DNA of 64,000 bases from Octopus vulgaris (lineage: Eukaryota), in the NCBI GenBank assembly GCA_951406725.2, contig OX597816.1, positions 78,678,001 through 78,742,000 on the forward strand, written 5' to 3'. Position numbers and translations under genes: made by a program. The notes beneath the pieces were generated by a model, which worked only from the letters and a program-made list of their open reading frames with translations, made no database searches and was not told the DNA's origin. Of this stretch, positions 22,965-36,236 are shown in pieces (position 1 is the stretch's first letter; the number at the start of each line of letters is the position of its first letter).

Positions 22965-24540
22965 AGGCCTGTAACATGTACAACCTATCAAATGGTCGGG
23001 TCGTTGGTGATTAAACCGCTAACCCTACTAAGTCTGATTAGTAAGAAGAGTGTTTTTTGGACACCCTGCAGGACGTAAACAAAACTTATCAAAGGATGGA
23101 TGAACTCAGTAGGATCAACAACCTTCCAACAGCTGGAGAGAGACCATTATTCTTTGTTTATACATCTCTGTAAAAGAAGGAAACATCTGCAACTACGTTT
23201 TTATCTAACGATTTAGAACAGTTATTTTGGGTAAATAAGTGCATATGTTTTTAAGAAAATGGGAGTAGCCCTGTACAAGGCTTTTCCTCACTTTAGAAAG
23301 ATTCGAGTACAGGCATCGCTTAAGTTTTAACATCTCTTTTAAAATCTCTATTATGTGTTGTATACTCTGGTTGGTCGTAGACGAGACAAGTAAAACAATG
23401 AAAAGTTCCATGATGGAATGAAGGCACGTTCAGCTGGTGGGTGGTAAGCTCTCTAAAACCTATTGCAAGAGCACCCATCGTTGCCACAAAAATAAGAGCC
23501 GTAGTATTTTGTTGAGACAATAACACTAAAAAGCGTGTGTTACTGGACAAATCCTCTTCTGCTCTATGATGTTCATTTGTTGTTTGGAAAGACCAGGGTT
23601 CCTAGGCGTGAAATTTCCACTGCGAGTGAAGAAGCCATGCCTCATCTATATTATTTAGTCTCAGGTTTGCACAGTCTGAGAAAACCCGAGACTAAATAAG
23701 TAATGTTGTTTATAAGGAAGTCTAAAGTTGTACTTTTATCACAAGGAGATCTAAAGTTATTTTTGCTTTTGTTTCATATTCTTTATACGACATGTGATAG
23801 TGTCTTGGTGGTGTTGTAAATGACGAAGTTGAAATGTTTCCATCGTAGGAAGTTTACAGGTCACTGTAATTTAAAGTTGATGGAAAGTTAACACGCTCGG
23901 ACGGCATAAAAGGCAGTTGTACAAAGGAAGCTATCACGAAATATGCTATAGAATATGAAACCAGCAGGCTGCGAGCCATTGTGAGAGAAAAGTATATTCT
24001 GAGAGAAAAGTATATGCTTCTCTCCCTGTCTAATAATATTAAACTGAGTGATTCTGTGTTGAGGTTAAGATTCCTTGGAGCATGTCCTGTCAGGATGTGA
24101 GTCATCCCTTGTAGAGTACTTTCTGGCAGCAAAATCTTGTCTTGAATATCCTCTCCATGAGGCACTAAAACAATAATGCAGAAGTATCAATATAATGGGG
24201 ACAAACCCAAAATTTCACCCTGCTATTTTCCATAAGATAGAAAACAGATTGGATGAAGCAAGAACGTAAAAAAAAAAAAAGAAAAGACATCCAGATTTCT
24301 GGATGACGCATATGATTAGAATTGACGATTGGTGTGAAAAAAGCGATCGTATTCTTAAGCCGTAAAAACAATGTAGTACCCTAACCTCATGACATTGTCT
24401 GATTTGAGGAAAAACGCTCTAATCGTCTTGCTAACAGTGCTGCGGAAGGCCAATGTGGAAAGAGCTTCAAGTATGAAGGACTAAGGGAATCTTGTGGTGT
24501 ATGAGAATGGCAATGTACTGTATTTTCAGACCAGGTGGAA
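22965..24540 (-). mobile_element. Probable ancient, heavily decayed Penelope-like element
   Basis: Faint minus-strand traces in the expected order: FYLMEN..KFWV..YID (RT motif B/C-like), TGHAP...LILLDR (thumb-like), LIFVATMGALAIGFRE (endonuclease-like). Many stops. Confidence 0.3.
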
Positions 24541-24567
24541 TGTCATGGATTTGTGATTAGATCCATT

Positions 24568-24645
<78 letters not shown>

Positions 24646-24815
24646 GTCTGGCTGTCTGCCTGCCTGTCTGTCTGCCTGCCTGTCTGTCTGCCTGCCTGTC
24701 TGTCTGCCTGTCTGCCTATCTGCCTGTCTGCCTGCCTGTCTGCCTGTCTGTCTGTCTGCCCGCCTGTCTGTCTGTCTGTGTACATACATTTATGCGTACG
24801 TGCGTACGTGCGTGC

Positions 24816-24871
<56 letters not shown>

Positions 24872-25675
24872 TTAATTTTATTTCTAATTTACACATAGAA
24901 GCATACACATATATATGTGTATGTTCAGGAATACATGTATAAAATACAATGTAAACGGAAAGAACTGAAAATATTTCAGGTAAATATTTTTATTTACCTT
25001 GGATTTATATTTTCATGAGGTGGATGCGTGTAAAACAGCACGACTGTATATACACGTAAAACGTAGGATATCAAGAAGATATTTTTTCGAAATGAACTAA
25101 TCTATATACTCATGGCTGACATAAAGCAGAAAACGAGGTGTACTAAATTCGAAATGTTGTTGGAGCGATAGTTATCTATACTCGTCAAATACGCAGTATA
25201 TATATTTCCGATTCGTACAATCGACGTATACAACTGTCATTTTGTACGTCTATTTCTTGGAAACACAACTATGTCAGAAGTTGATACCCCTCCCCCAAAA
25301 AACAAACAAACTACATTTGTTTTTCATATATACTGCGCCCTCATTCAGCTTACGTTATGTCTTACACGCATACACGCCTGAATGCACATATGTTTCATCT
25401 CGTTGGCTGAACTTACTTTGCGTATGTGCTTGACATACAGATTTAACAAGCACTGACTCCAAATACTTGTTCATATACACAGATACTTGCACATCTAACC
25501 TGTTGATGATACTGAAATTTCAATGAAGAAGCTTTGGTTCTAAGTTAAAAACAGCCTCTGTCTTCATTGGCGAGAACTTTAGAAATATAAAAAAGTCACC
25601 CAACCATATATATACACATACATACGCACACATTTACAGATACATATGGAGAGGAGAGGTTGATATGTATAAGAT

Positions 25676-26050
25676 GGTGGAGGCGCAATGGCCCAGTGGT
25701 TAGGGCAGCGGACTCGCGGTCGTAGGATCGCGGTTTCGATTCCCAGACCGGGCGTTGTGAGTGTTTATTGAGCGAAAACACCTAAAGCTCCACGAGGCTC
25801 CGGCAGGGGATGGTGGTGATCCCTGCTGTACTCTTTCACTACAACTTTCTCTCACTCTTACTTCCTGTTTCTGTTGTACCTGTATTTCAAAGGGCCGGCC
25901 TTGTCACTCTCTGTGTCACGCTGAATATCCCCGAGAACTACGTTAAGGGTACACATGTCTGTGGAGTGCTCAGCCACTTACACGTTAATTTCACGAGCAG
26001 GCTGTTCCGTTGAACCGGAACCCTCGCCGTCGGAACCAACGGAGTGCTTC
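25676..26050 (+). mobile_element. tRNA-derived SINE of a second family; another copy at ~40945-41277
   Basis: ggaggcgcaatggcccagtggttagggcagcggactcgcggtcgtaggatcgcggtttcgattccc has A and B boxes and is followed by a non-tRNA body shared with 40945-41277. Confidence 0.85.
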
Positions 26051-26454
26051 CATTCCATGCATAAGATGACTGTTGGCCTTCTGTAAACACCCGTGTCCGG
26101 ATTTGTGCCTTAGAGGCGAACTTTCTAGGTACAATCCCATGATCGTTCATGGCCGAAATGGGTCTTATATATATATAAATGAATACAAATGGATTTTCTG
26201 ATAATTTTCCCACTTTAATAATTAGATGCTTATAGGTTATTAGGTGTTTACAAAAGGCAACTCTGATTCGAGTTTCGCACTCAAGAGCGGTTTTCACAGA
26301 TTCGTTATTCATTGTGTAGATAGGTGTGTCTAATTACAAATCTACACTCATACATGCACGAACGCGCGCGCGTGCACACATACCCATACATATAGAGACA
26401 TACACACGCGTACATGTATGTTTGTGTGTGTGTACGTCTTTGTATATGTGTATG

Positions 26455-28130
26455 CACGGGTAGAGGGACAATAGAAATCAGGAGATGCATCTTCCAAGGG
26501 GACTGCTTGTCCCCATTGATCTTTGTACTGTGCATGATACCAATAACACTGATTCTGAGGAAAGCAAAGGCTGGGTATGTATTCAAGAGCCGCCAACAAA
26601 AAGGCAACCACTTGTTATTCATGGATGAGGTGAATCCCAAGTCAGTTCCCTCGTTGATACGATGTATACCTTCAGTGCTGATACCAGAATGGAGTTCGGA
26701 CTGAAAAAGTGTGGTGTGTTAGTCTTGAAGAGTGGCAAAATCAAATGTATGGACGGGCTTGCGACACCTTCAGGGAAGGTTACGAAGCAGATAGAAGAGA
26801 CAGGCTATAAAGCACTTGGGGATTTTGGAAATGGATAAATTGATGGAGAAATGAATGACAGAGAAATTTAAGGTGAAGTACTTGCGCAGACTAAGACTGA
26901 TCCTTAAGCCGAAATTTAACGTACGGAATAAGATTGAAGCTATCAACACCTGGGCGGTTTCACTTCTTATATATAGAGCAGGAGTAATGGCATGGACAGT
27001 AGACGAACTAAACAGCTCAGACAGGAAGACAATGAAGTTGTTGACTAGATATGGCATACTCTACCCAAAAAGTGACACAGACAGACTGAATGTACCAAGA
27101 AAAAGAGGGGGAAGAGGACTGATTAGATGCGAACACAGCATTAGAGCAGAAGAAAACAACATAGCATGGTATGTAAAAAATGCCACAGAACTGCTATTAC
27201 TGGAAGTAATAAAGTCAGGCTTGTGTTGGGTGGAAGATTGCAAAGATAAAGCACTGTACAAGCACTTGAGAATGAATGAAACTGAAAATAGGTGGATAAA
27301 GAAAAGAATGCATGGACAATTTCATAGGGATTTTGAAGACAGACAGAGAAAAAAGTTGGTTATGGATGGCTAAAAGTAATTTAAAACCGGAAACGGAAGC
27401 TCTAATCCGTACTGCCCAAGAGCAAGCATTGAAAACGAATTAAATCAAATACAGAATAGACAACACATCAGAAAGTGATAAGTGCAGAAAATAGTGAGAC
27501 CGTATGGCATATTACCAGTCAATGCACGCCACTAGCCCAGAAAGAATATAAGAGACGTCATGAAAATATAGCAAGGATTGTCCATTGGACACCTTGCAAC
27601 AAGTATGGACTTGTGAGAGCAAAAAACTGGTACGAACATAAACCCGAAAGCATCATCGAAAATGATAATGCAAAGATCCTATGGGATTCTGATTCAGTGC
27701 GATCATGTGATAGAGAATTGGAAACCAGAGATAATGTTGATTGAGAAAGAAAGTAAACGATGCTGGATCATAAATATAGCACGCCCAGCTGAAAACAAGG
27801 TATGCGATAAAGAAGAAAAAAAAGTTGATATATAAGTTGATATATATAACAGGTTAGCATGGGAGGTTAAGCAGTTGTGGTCGCTGAAAAAAGTGGTAGT
27901 ACTTCCAATAATTGTTGGAGCTCTGGGAACAGCGAGTAAAAATCTTGAGAAGTGCATGGAACAAATAGGGACGGCAATAAGGGTGGAGCACTAGCAGATA
28001 ACAGCACTGCTTGGAGCCGTTCGAATATGCCGGGGTGTGCTCGAAAAATAAGGTTTTTTTTTTACCTCAGTTCACTGGTAATGAACAGCTGACACCGTAG
28101 TACATCTCCAGCGTTAGAAGCTGTACAAAG
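26455..28130 (+). mobile_element. 5'-truncated R4/Dong-like LINE (RT + restriction-like endonuclease), decayed
   Basis: IFQGDCLSPLIF, NHLLFMD, PRKRGGRGL, KRMHGQF, ETVWHITSQC..LAQKEYKRRHENIARIVHW, KILWD, KPEI and PIIVGALG; ends in (CAA)n. Confidence 0.88.
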
Positions 28131-28173
28131 ACAACAACAACAACAGCAGCAGCAGCAACAACAACAACAATAA

Positions 28174-31100
28174 TTCTTTCTTTCTTTTTTGGCTACCGGG
28201 GACGAACACAAAACATAGAGGACGATACGCAGACAAGGGACAGTGAGGTTAAACGTGTAAACAGCCAATAAACACAACGATTAACAAAGAGATTAAATCA
28301 ACAACATGCTTTCCTATTAGAGGTGGGATTCCACCGTATGGTGACCAAAGAGACCTCATGCACTTTGGAACACTTAACACTAACGGTTCCTCAGGAAGAC
28401 ACCCTCTCTTCTTCCTTCCATCCGGCGTAGAAGCGCACAATCTGAGTAGGCCCAATTACGCGAGCCATTTTTGCTACATTCATCTACTTTCCAACGACTT
28501 ACTGGGTGACAGTGCCTCCCTCTCAAGCCTCACTTTCCCTTTCTGGTGGAACCTAAAATGTCAATGAGGCCTTTGCCAAAGGGGAAGGTACCCGTCTTCA
28601 ATCCTTTCAATCGCGTCCCCACACAACCTCTTTTGCTATAGCCACCAGAGAAAAAGCCCTCCTTTCCCGGCCAAAGGAAGAAGGCGGGGTGATCTTCACA
28701 ATGGACTCGAATGAGAGATGGATCCGTCCTACACGTAACAATAACTGTTTGACAAAGCTCCGCAAGTCAGCAATGCGTGGACACTGTACGAAAGCATACA
28801 GAACGGTTTCATCGCTCTGCGTGCATCTCGGATAAGCCTGACCGATTGCACACCCCTACCTATAGAGCTTATCTCGAACCGGCAGCGCTCCCGCCCCCGA
28901 TAGCACTGCCAGGCTTTCTGGAAGTTATCCATAGTTCCTGGCCCGAAAGTCTTCCAGAAGAGATTAGCCAGTTGATCTCCCTCGACGCCCAGGACCTTTC
29001 CGAGTATGTCGTCGATCTTTCCCTCCACTAATCCCCTATAGAACGCCGAGTCAGAACTTCTACCGATCACACTGTCCGACTGACTGAGGGCTGTGAGCGC
29101 TTGGAGACTCTATATGTCCTGTCTCGGTCTATACCTGATCCAGGACTGTAGCTCCGACTATAGCTGGAGATGTCGCAGCCTCAGCGCATGACTGCGATTC
29201 CTCAACCACGGCATGTCCAGTACTCCACGCAACGGGTCCTGACAGCAAATAGACCAACTGACAAGCGGTACCTTCCCTTCCACAGGAAGCAGAAGAGCAA
29301 ATGCACCAACCCGCTCAACCACAATGTAGGGCAAGGGACAACAGTCAGGTGGTTGTATATGACGGGTACACATTCACCACCTCCACCCATCCTTTCAGAG
29401 AGTTTCCTCTTGGCCCATTTATGGGTGAGAGTGGCCACCTTGTCTGTCACCTCACCCTAGTTCTTGCTCCTTGGTGATCCGGACCGAACGAGAACACGAG
29501 CAACTTAACAGATCCTTCTGTCCAGCACCTCACAACACTGTCGGTTGGCATGGGCCTGCCTCTCCAGTTGCCGAACTGCAGGCCCACTGACTTCTCTTAG
29601 ATGATCATTGCTCCTGTCACCGCTTCGTATTCCTTTAAGGTAGTGCTGACCCTCTCGATATCCGAGATGTCCGACAATACCACGGTGACGTCGTCTGTAT
29701 ACGCCGACACGAACCTTCCGCATCTCAGTTCACGCGGGATGCCCCTCGAAACCTCCAGCTTCCACAGTAATGGCTCGAGTACCAGTACGTACAGAAGGGG
29801 TGAGAGTGGGCATCCTTGACGGACTCAACGCACAATACTAAACGGTCCAGAGAGCTGGCCATTTACTTTGACCACCGAACAGATGTCTCTGCAGTGATCC
29901 AGCTTCTGAAAACGGGACCGAAATCAGCCGCCTTGAGGACAGCCTCCAAATAGAGATGGTCGACTCTAACGAAAGCTTTCGATTGATCCAAGTTGATCAG
30001 GGCCCCACTCATGCCAGGTTTTTTAACAACCCTCTCTATGATACACCGCGTGAGGTGGAGGTTGTCGTGTTTAGTTCTGCTGGTGATAGCGCAAGTCTGC
30101 GCATTACCCACCAGTCTGTCGACGACAAGCGCCTACGTCTCTGCTTGCACCTTGGCCAAAATTTTGTAATCTGCATTTAGCAGAGTTACTGGCCTAAAGT
30201 TATCAACAATCTCTCTCTTGTTCGGATCCTTTCTCAGTAGCCACACAGATCCGGGTATTCTCCCATTCTGCTGCCAGATGAAGTAGACGTCTACTAAAAG
30301 CTTACCAAACAAGTCTGGCATATGTATATAAAGCTCGAAGGGGAGACCATCCAATTCCAGAGACTTCTCCCAAGTGCGTCACATATATATTCCGACGTGT
30401 CACATATATTTTCAGCTGTTATCGGCATTTCGCAGAACTCTACGTCACTGGCTGAAAGTCGCTGCATACCATCAAGGTAGAAAGTGAACTTCACTTTCAC
30501 ATCCGGGCCATAGCGCATCTCGTACAGTTCAGCAAAATGCCTCTGAAATTCTGCGCACATCTGCTTCGAGACATGTAGCATGCGCCCGTCCCGACCCCTC
30601 AAAGACCGAATTGCAGTTTTATTACCACGTTGCGCCTGGTCCCATCGAATGCCTTTTGTTCCCTCCTGCTTCAGAGCATGTGCCCTAACCCCGACAATGC
30701 ATCCTTCATGCTTAGTGTTGAATAGTTGGTTCAGAACTAATCTCGCTACCAGCACGTCAGTCAGTATGTCTCTACTGAGTACCTCCTCTAATTTTATTAT
30801 CAAGGTATCCCTCTACTCTAGTCTTCTCTATCACTAGTTCTCAACTAGATTCTACAGCTTCTACTTTAATCGCCCGTTTTAGGACCCTCCCACCATCGGT
30901 TGTTGATGACTCCACCCGTCAACTTTTGATGGGCTAACTTTCTAAGCCGGTCTCTGAAAGCTTGATGCGCCGGGAAGGATGCGTTCAGCTTCCGGTTTCT
31001 GGGTCCCTGCCTATAGAGCCTATCTAGGTCAACCGTACAGATCATAAATTTGTGGCCAGTGTAGTTGACGAATTCAAATTGTGGACACTCCATGCTATTC

Positions 31101-33774
31101 CTATCTGTTAGCCTACAAAATATCCCATCTAGATAAGATCTGGATGACCCGACACTGTTTGCCCATGTCCACACTGGAGTGTTCGGGAATTCCAGTCTGA
31201 ACCTTTCCGCCAGCTGGAAACGACTGAGCAGGTTGCGAGGTTTGTGTACCCCGCTTTCCTATCCACTAACCCCAACCAATACACAAGTGCATCCAAAATG
31301 GCGCGCCAATCGCTCACTAACACTAAAGAGCGAGACCTCCCTAGAAAGGCCTCCCAGCGTCTGAAGAAATCTGGCTTCCCTGTTCCAGTCGGTGCGTACA
31401 CTGCGACCAGTCTAAAAGCATTCCCTTCATTATCGTCCACGACCAGGATCACTGACTTATTTTCTAGGCCCAGGAAGATCGACCGTATCTCGAGATTTAG
31501 GCCTTTTCTGAACAACACTTCCACCCCACCCCCATTCCCGGTCGACTAAGAGATGCGAAAATCTCAAAGTCATCGAAAATGGGAGCCAAGGCCTGTGTCC
31601 GCGATCCTGGTCTCACTGACGGCTATTATATCCAAACTTATCGATCTGAGGTCGTTGCGCAAGCATCCTTGCTTCCACGACGATCCCAGGCCACGTACAT
31701 TTATAAACCCTACTTTAAGAACCTCCATACTGGCCAGGAAATAAGGACAGGGAAACGAGAGTGTCACTTACCATCCTGGTGCTGTTTGTTTGTGGTCAAG
31801 TGGTCTCCTAATCTGTCTATTTTGTTGGGTTCCTCTGGGAACCTCCCTAACAGCAATCTGCTGGTCGTTACAGTGGGAGATCTAATGTACAGAAGCTCCG
31901 CTTAATGCTCATATAAATCTCTAATGTCATTCGTACCATCATTAGGCTCTCCGGTACTCTAAAAGTGTTGGGGCTGCAGATCATCCTTTCTATTTCAATG
32001 TTCTCGCTTTCTGCTGAGAGCCATCAGCTTTTCATTGGCCTTTCTCACTAGCAGGAAATCCCACTGCTGTGCGGATGGTTTTGTTGTGATATTTTTCTTT
32101 TTAAAGTTTGTTGTGTTTTTGATTCTGCTGTAGATGTTTGTAATGGTGTTTGTAGTTTTGGTGTTGTCATCAGTGTGTTTGCCGTTTCTTGGATTTCTCC
32201 CCTTTTCTGTATCTCTTTCTTATTTTGTTTTTACCTTTTGGGCTTCCCCCTCATCATCGCTTTGATGCGTGGAGGAGTACGTGTCTTGTATGTTTTCTTC
32301 TGGTGTTGTTTGTTCTGGTTCTCTTATTGTTGTTGTTGCTCCTGCAACTGTAGCTTCCGCCTCTGTTACTGGTGCTACTTCCACTGTCACATTTACTGTA
32401 ACACCTGCCTTGGGTTCAATTTATGTTTGTTCTGGTTGTTCTTGTCCTTGATTTTGTCAACCCATGGGTTGTGGTGTTTTCGTTTGGACATTTCTTTCTG
32501 ACCTTCTGTTCTGGTTCTGTGGGCAATGAAACCGTAAATGACCCGTTGAACCACAATCGTCTCACCTTGGCATTCTGCCTTTCACGTTCACCCTTAGTTC
32601 TACTTCATTCGAGAGGCAAATCAGGTCTAGGACTTTCTCGAACTGCCCTGGCTTCATGTGGAGATGAACCTCCATAGTAGTCCCAAGCCAATTTTCTCTC
32701 CTTGATCTTTTAACATCCAGGAGATTCTGCCCGCCGTCCGTGCAAATACAGGCAAGAATCACCATATATCAAAGCCTGGTGGTACTCCAATTACCGTAAT
32801 TCGTACCGCTCTTCTTCACATGTACGTTGAGAAGAGGACGACGCATGATCACCGAGTTCTATATCACCTCCTCCTCGGTCTTAAAAAGGACCTCTACTCC
32901 GCCGTACTACCTTACTCTCGCAATGTGGTAGATATTTTGCAATATGTATTTCAAGGCTTTATCTACCTGGTCGTGTTTAGCATTTTCGAGTTTCCTTGTC
33001 TTTGTGTTCACACACATGTAGACAAGTGTTCGTTTGGTTGTTGCTTCGATGAACGTCGCTTGGAGGCGTCAATTCTGACCTACTTCCATTCGTTTTTATA
33101 TATTTTGCTGCCTTGTTTAGTTTTTCTATTTTGTTCTTCAATGAGATGTTAACCAATTCCTTAGCTCCCGTGATACTTGCAAAGGTTTCTTTTTTACCGC
33201 TCACTCCATTTTTGTTAGACTCTTCTCCGTAGTTGCTTTCAACATTGTTTTGCGTGCTACTAAAATTTCCATGTAGTGAGGAAGACTTTACTCCTTCTTT
33301 CCTCCCGCTTTCTTTCTGCCTTTTGTCTTCTTCTTCTTCTTCTTCTTCTTCTTCTTCTTCTTCTTCTTCTTCTTCTTCTTCTTCTTCTTCTTCTTCTTCT
33401 TCTTCTTCTTCTTCTTCTTCCTCCCTCCTTTCCTTCCTTCTTTTCTTCCTGCTGTCTGCTGTCAATCATGGTGGGGAGGTCGGGGAATTTCTCGTGCAAA
33501 TTGCCGTACTACCTTCCTTCCTCACTCCCACTTTTCGCCGCTATGTTCGATATTTACATTCTTTAAAGCAAATTTTCGAAGAAATTTAAAAACAAAAAGT
33601 TTTGTATCACGCTCAGAAAATGGGGCTTTGGTTAACAAACGTCATCCCTCACCACCAGAAGTGCAGCTGACTTACAAAACGATTTAGCCAATAAAATACA
33701 GTACAGAAACTTTTAAAACAAGTGAATTAAAAATAAACATACAGCGCTTCAACAACACACTTCTTGCACTGGCG
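28174..33774 (-). mobile_element. Near full-length, decayed Tx1/L1-like LINE flanked by (CAA/TAA)n and (TAA)n
   Basis: ORF1 region has a poly-Glu (GAA)n tract. APE motifs INVRGL, IIAVSETR, LVAVYAP; RT motifs NFRPVTLLNADYKILAK, LINLDQSKAF, QGCPLSP, YADD. 3' end gtagccaaaaaagaaag. Confidence 0.9.
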
Positions 33775-33838
<64 letters not shown>

Positions 33839-33856
33839 AGGACTTACAAATATATA

Positions 33857-35585
33857 CAGTTGCGGTCAAAATGTTCAGAACGGCATTGTTTTCGTCAGAA
33901 AAGTATGTATAAGTTTTTATCAAAGTTGTTTTATATTCTATAATTTTCACAGACAATAAATACAATATTATTTGTTATTGTCTGAGATTTTGATAATACA
34001 AAGTTATGGATGATTTGTAATTTGAGAGGATAATACAAAAGTTATGGATGATTTAGTGAATTACTGCAAAATCTTCCCATGGCGTGATCTTATTCCATTC
34101 TTCCTGAAGGGCATTCCATAAAATGATGGTGTAATTTGAAGATAATACAAAGTTATGGATGATTTAGTGAAGAACGGTTGCTTTTACTCCGTGTTTTAGT
34201 ATATTTAACCGTCGAACTCTAATGTTTTGAATTTGTTTACGTGACAGTTCGTTTACTAAACATTAGTAAGAATATCTGCAGTGTACTTGGTTAATATAAT
34301 GCCACTTACTCCGTTACCAATTCATCAGCAGATTATTAAGCTTCGAAAGAAGGATAATTTAAGTATTAGGTCTATTGCAAAGATTGTTAACAAGTCAAAA
34401 AGTGTTGTTCACGGTATTCTTAAGGTCTACGATGATTGTGGTTCGTGTGAAGCAAGAAAGTCTACAGGTAGGTCAAGAAAAATGACCAAGAGAGAAGATC
34501 GTGCTATGGTAAAGTTGGTTAAAAAGGACAGATTTAAAACTGCTGCTGCTGTTTTTCGGGAAATGAGCATTGTACTGAAAAAAACTTTATCTCGAAATAC
34601 TGTGTCTCGTCCTTTAGTTGAACATGACCTACAAGCAAGAGCACCTGCAGTGAATCCACTGATCAGCTCCAAGAATAAAAAGTGTCGTCTTACCTTTGCA
34701 ACCGATCATGTGTTGTGGTCTCAAGAAAAATGGCAAACAGTGCATTTCAGTGATGAATATAAGTTTATGTTATTTGGCTCAGATGGGAAAAGGTACGTTC
34801 GTCGAAAAGCAGGTGAAAAATAGTCACCTAAATGCCTTAAGACTAGTGTTAAATTCGGTGGAGGAAGTGTCATGGTTTGGGGGATGATATCTAGAGATGT
34901 TGTAGGCCCTTTGGTGCGATTACATGGAAAGTTAAATGCAGGAGTTTATAAACAACTTGTAAAAGATCATGTATTGCCTGTGCTGAGAAATTCAACTAAG
35001 CGGCCACCCATATTCATACAAGACAATGCCCCATGTCACAAGGCTAAGGTGGTCATGAACTTCCTCAAGGCTGAAAAGGTTATTGTTATGGATTGGCCTG
35101 CTCAAAGCCCAGACCTGAATCCTATTGAAAATGTGTTGAATATTCTAGGAGAACGTTTGAAAGCCAGAAATCCTAAAACAACCGAGCAATTATGGAATGC
35201 CCTTCAGGAAGAATGGAATAAGATCCCCCAGCAAGAAATTGAAAATTTAATTTCCCCATGCAGTCAAAAATGTCAAACTTTGATTCAATTTAGGGCTTCA
35301 CACTAAATATGAAATAATTCCAGCATTCTCTGTCACTTTTTGATTATTTTGTTATTTTTTCAACCGTTCTGAACATTTTGGCCACCAATGGGTTTTGCAG
35401 TAAATCCCTATATCATCCATAACTTTTGTATTATCCACTCAAATTACACCAAAATCTCAGACAATACCAATTAATATCGTATTTATTGTCTGTGAAAATT
35501 ATAGAATATAAAACAACTTTAATAAAAACTTATACTTACTTTTCTGACGAAAACAATGCCGTTCTGAACATTTTGGCCGCAACTA
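33857..35585 (+). mobile_element. Tc1-like transposon (DD34E) with long IR/DR-type TIRs and TA target site
   Basis: TA-cagttgcggtcaaaatgttcagaacggcattg... and ...caatgccgttctgaacattttggccgcaacta-TA, with over 150 bp of inverted match. Inner direct repeat ccgttctgaacattttggcc at ~35364. Confidence 0.95.
34299..35306 (+). pseudogene. Tc1 transposase with one in-frame stop (34821-34823)
   Basis: HTH region LSIRSIAKIVNKSKSVV, then FSDEYKF, VMVWG, QDNAPCH and WPAQSPDLNPIENV (34-residue spacing). ORFs 34281-34823 and 34872-35306 are in the same frame. Confidence 0.92.
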
Positions 35586-35589
35586 TATA

Positions 35590-35800
35590 TAACATACCGA
35601 AAATTGCCCTACTGGGCACACTGCACACATCCTACGCAAAACACTTTCAATACAGTAACCATAAGAGTATCACAGCAAACCACAGCACATACCCAAGGCA
35701 CACAGAGCTGCGCTCGGTGGTGAAGAGAAAGCACGTTATAAAAATAAAACTACTGAATAATAATAATAATAATGATAATAATAATAATAATAATAATAAT
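35590..35800 (+). mobile_element. 3' end of an R4/Dong-like LINE with (TAA)n tail; a similar tail is at 37260-37380
   Basis: KIALLGT-HILRKTL-like end, then acccaaggcacaca...ctcgg...gtgaa...aaaataa.act.ctg(aat)n. Confidence 0.65.
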
Positions 35801-36236
35801 TATTATTATTATTATAATTCCTTGAAGCAATACCAGGTAGTGGCTTTCATGGCTTCTAATCTTAACTGATTGGAGCGTTATCATGTACATTGTTTTGTCT
35901 TGGTATAAATGATAGGCAAATATTCTGCTCAATACCACAGAGTTGTTTGTCAGTTGTTTGACCTTAACCAGTTGAGCATGTGCCTTCCTGGTTGACGATA
36001 TATGCATCTCTGATCGCAACCAGAAGTAGTCGGGAGCATCATAGCCATGTGTTGAGCGGAATTCGTTGGGGTTTGGATAATTCACCTCTGAAAGTATGGG
36101 TGTTTCGTTCAACATCCTTAAACAACCCATATTCAGGGACCCTTTGAGCGTGATGGGCTACTCGACCTGAAGAGAATTCTATCTGGGCCCCACTTGTAAG
36201 GTCATGCGCTGTTAATCTTGATGATATGAGATCACC

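Noticed and set aside
24990-25100. Possible upstream non-coding exon ending at a minus-strand donor (ccaag|gtaaat at ~24997)
   Set aside because: Only a donor-like motif in unique sequence; cannot be supported without transcript data.
25676-25750. tRNA-like sequences here and at ~18105 and ~52215
   Set aside because: Each continues into a repeated SINE body and I could not find a clean acceptor stem and terminator; treated as SINE heads, not tRNA genes.
32977-33589. Poly-Glu, poly-Ser, poly-Arg and poly-Leu ORFs
   Set aside because: All are readings of one (GAA)n/(TTC)n expansion inside the 5' part of the minus-strand LINE.
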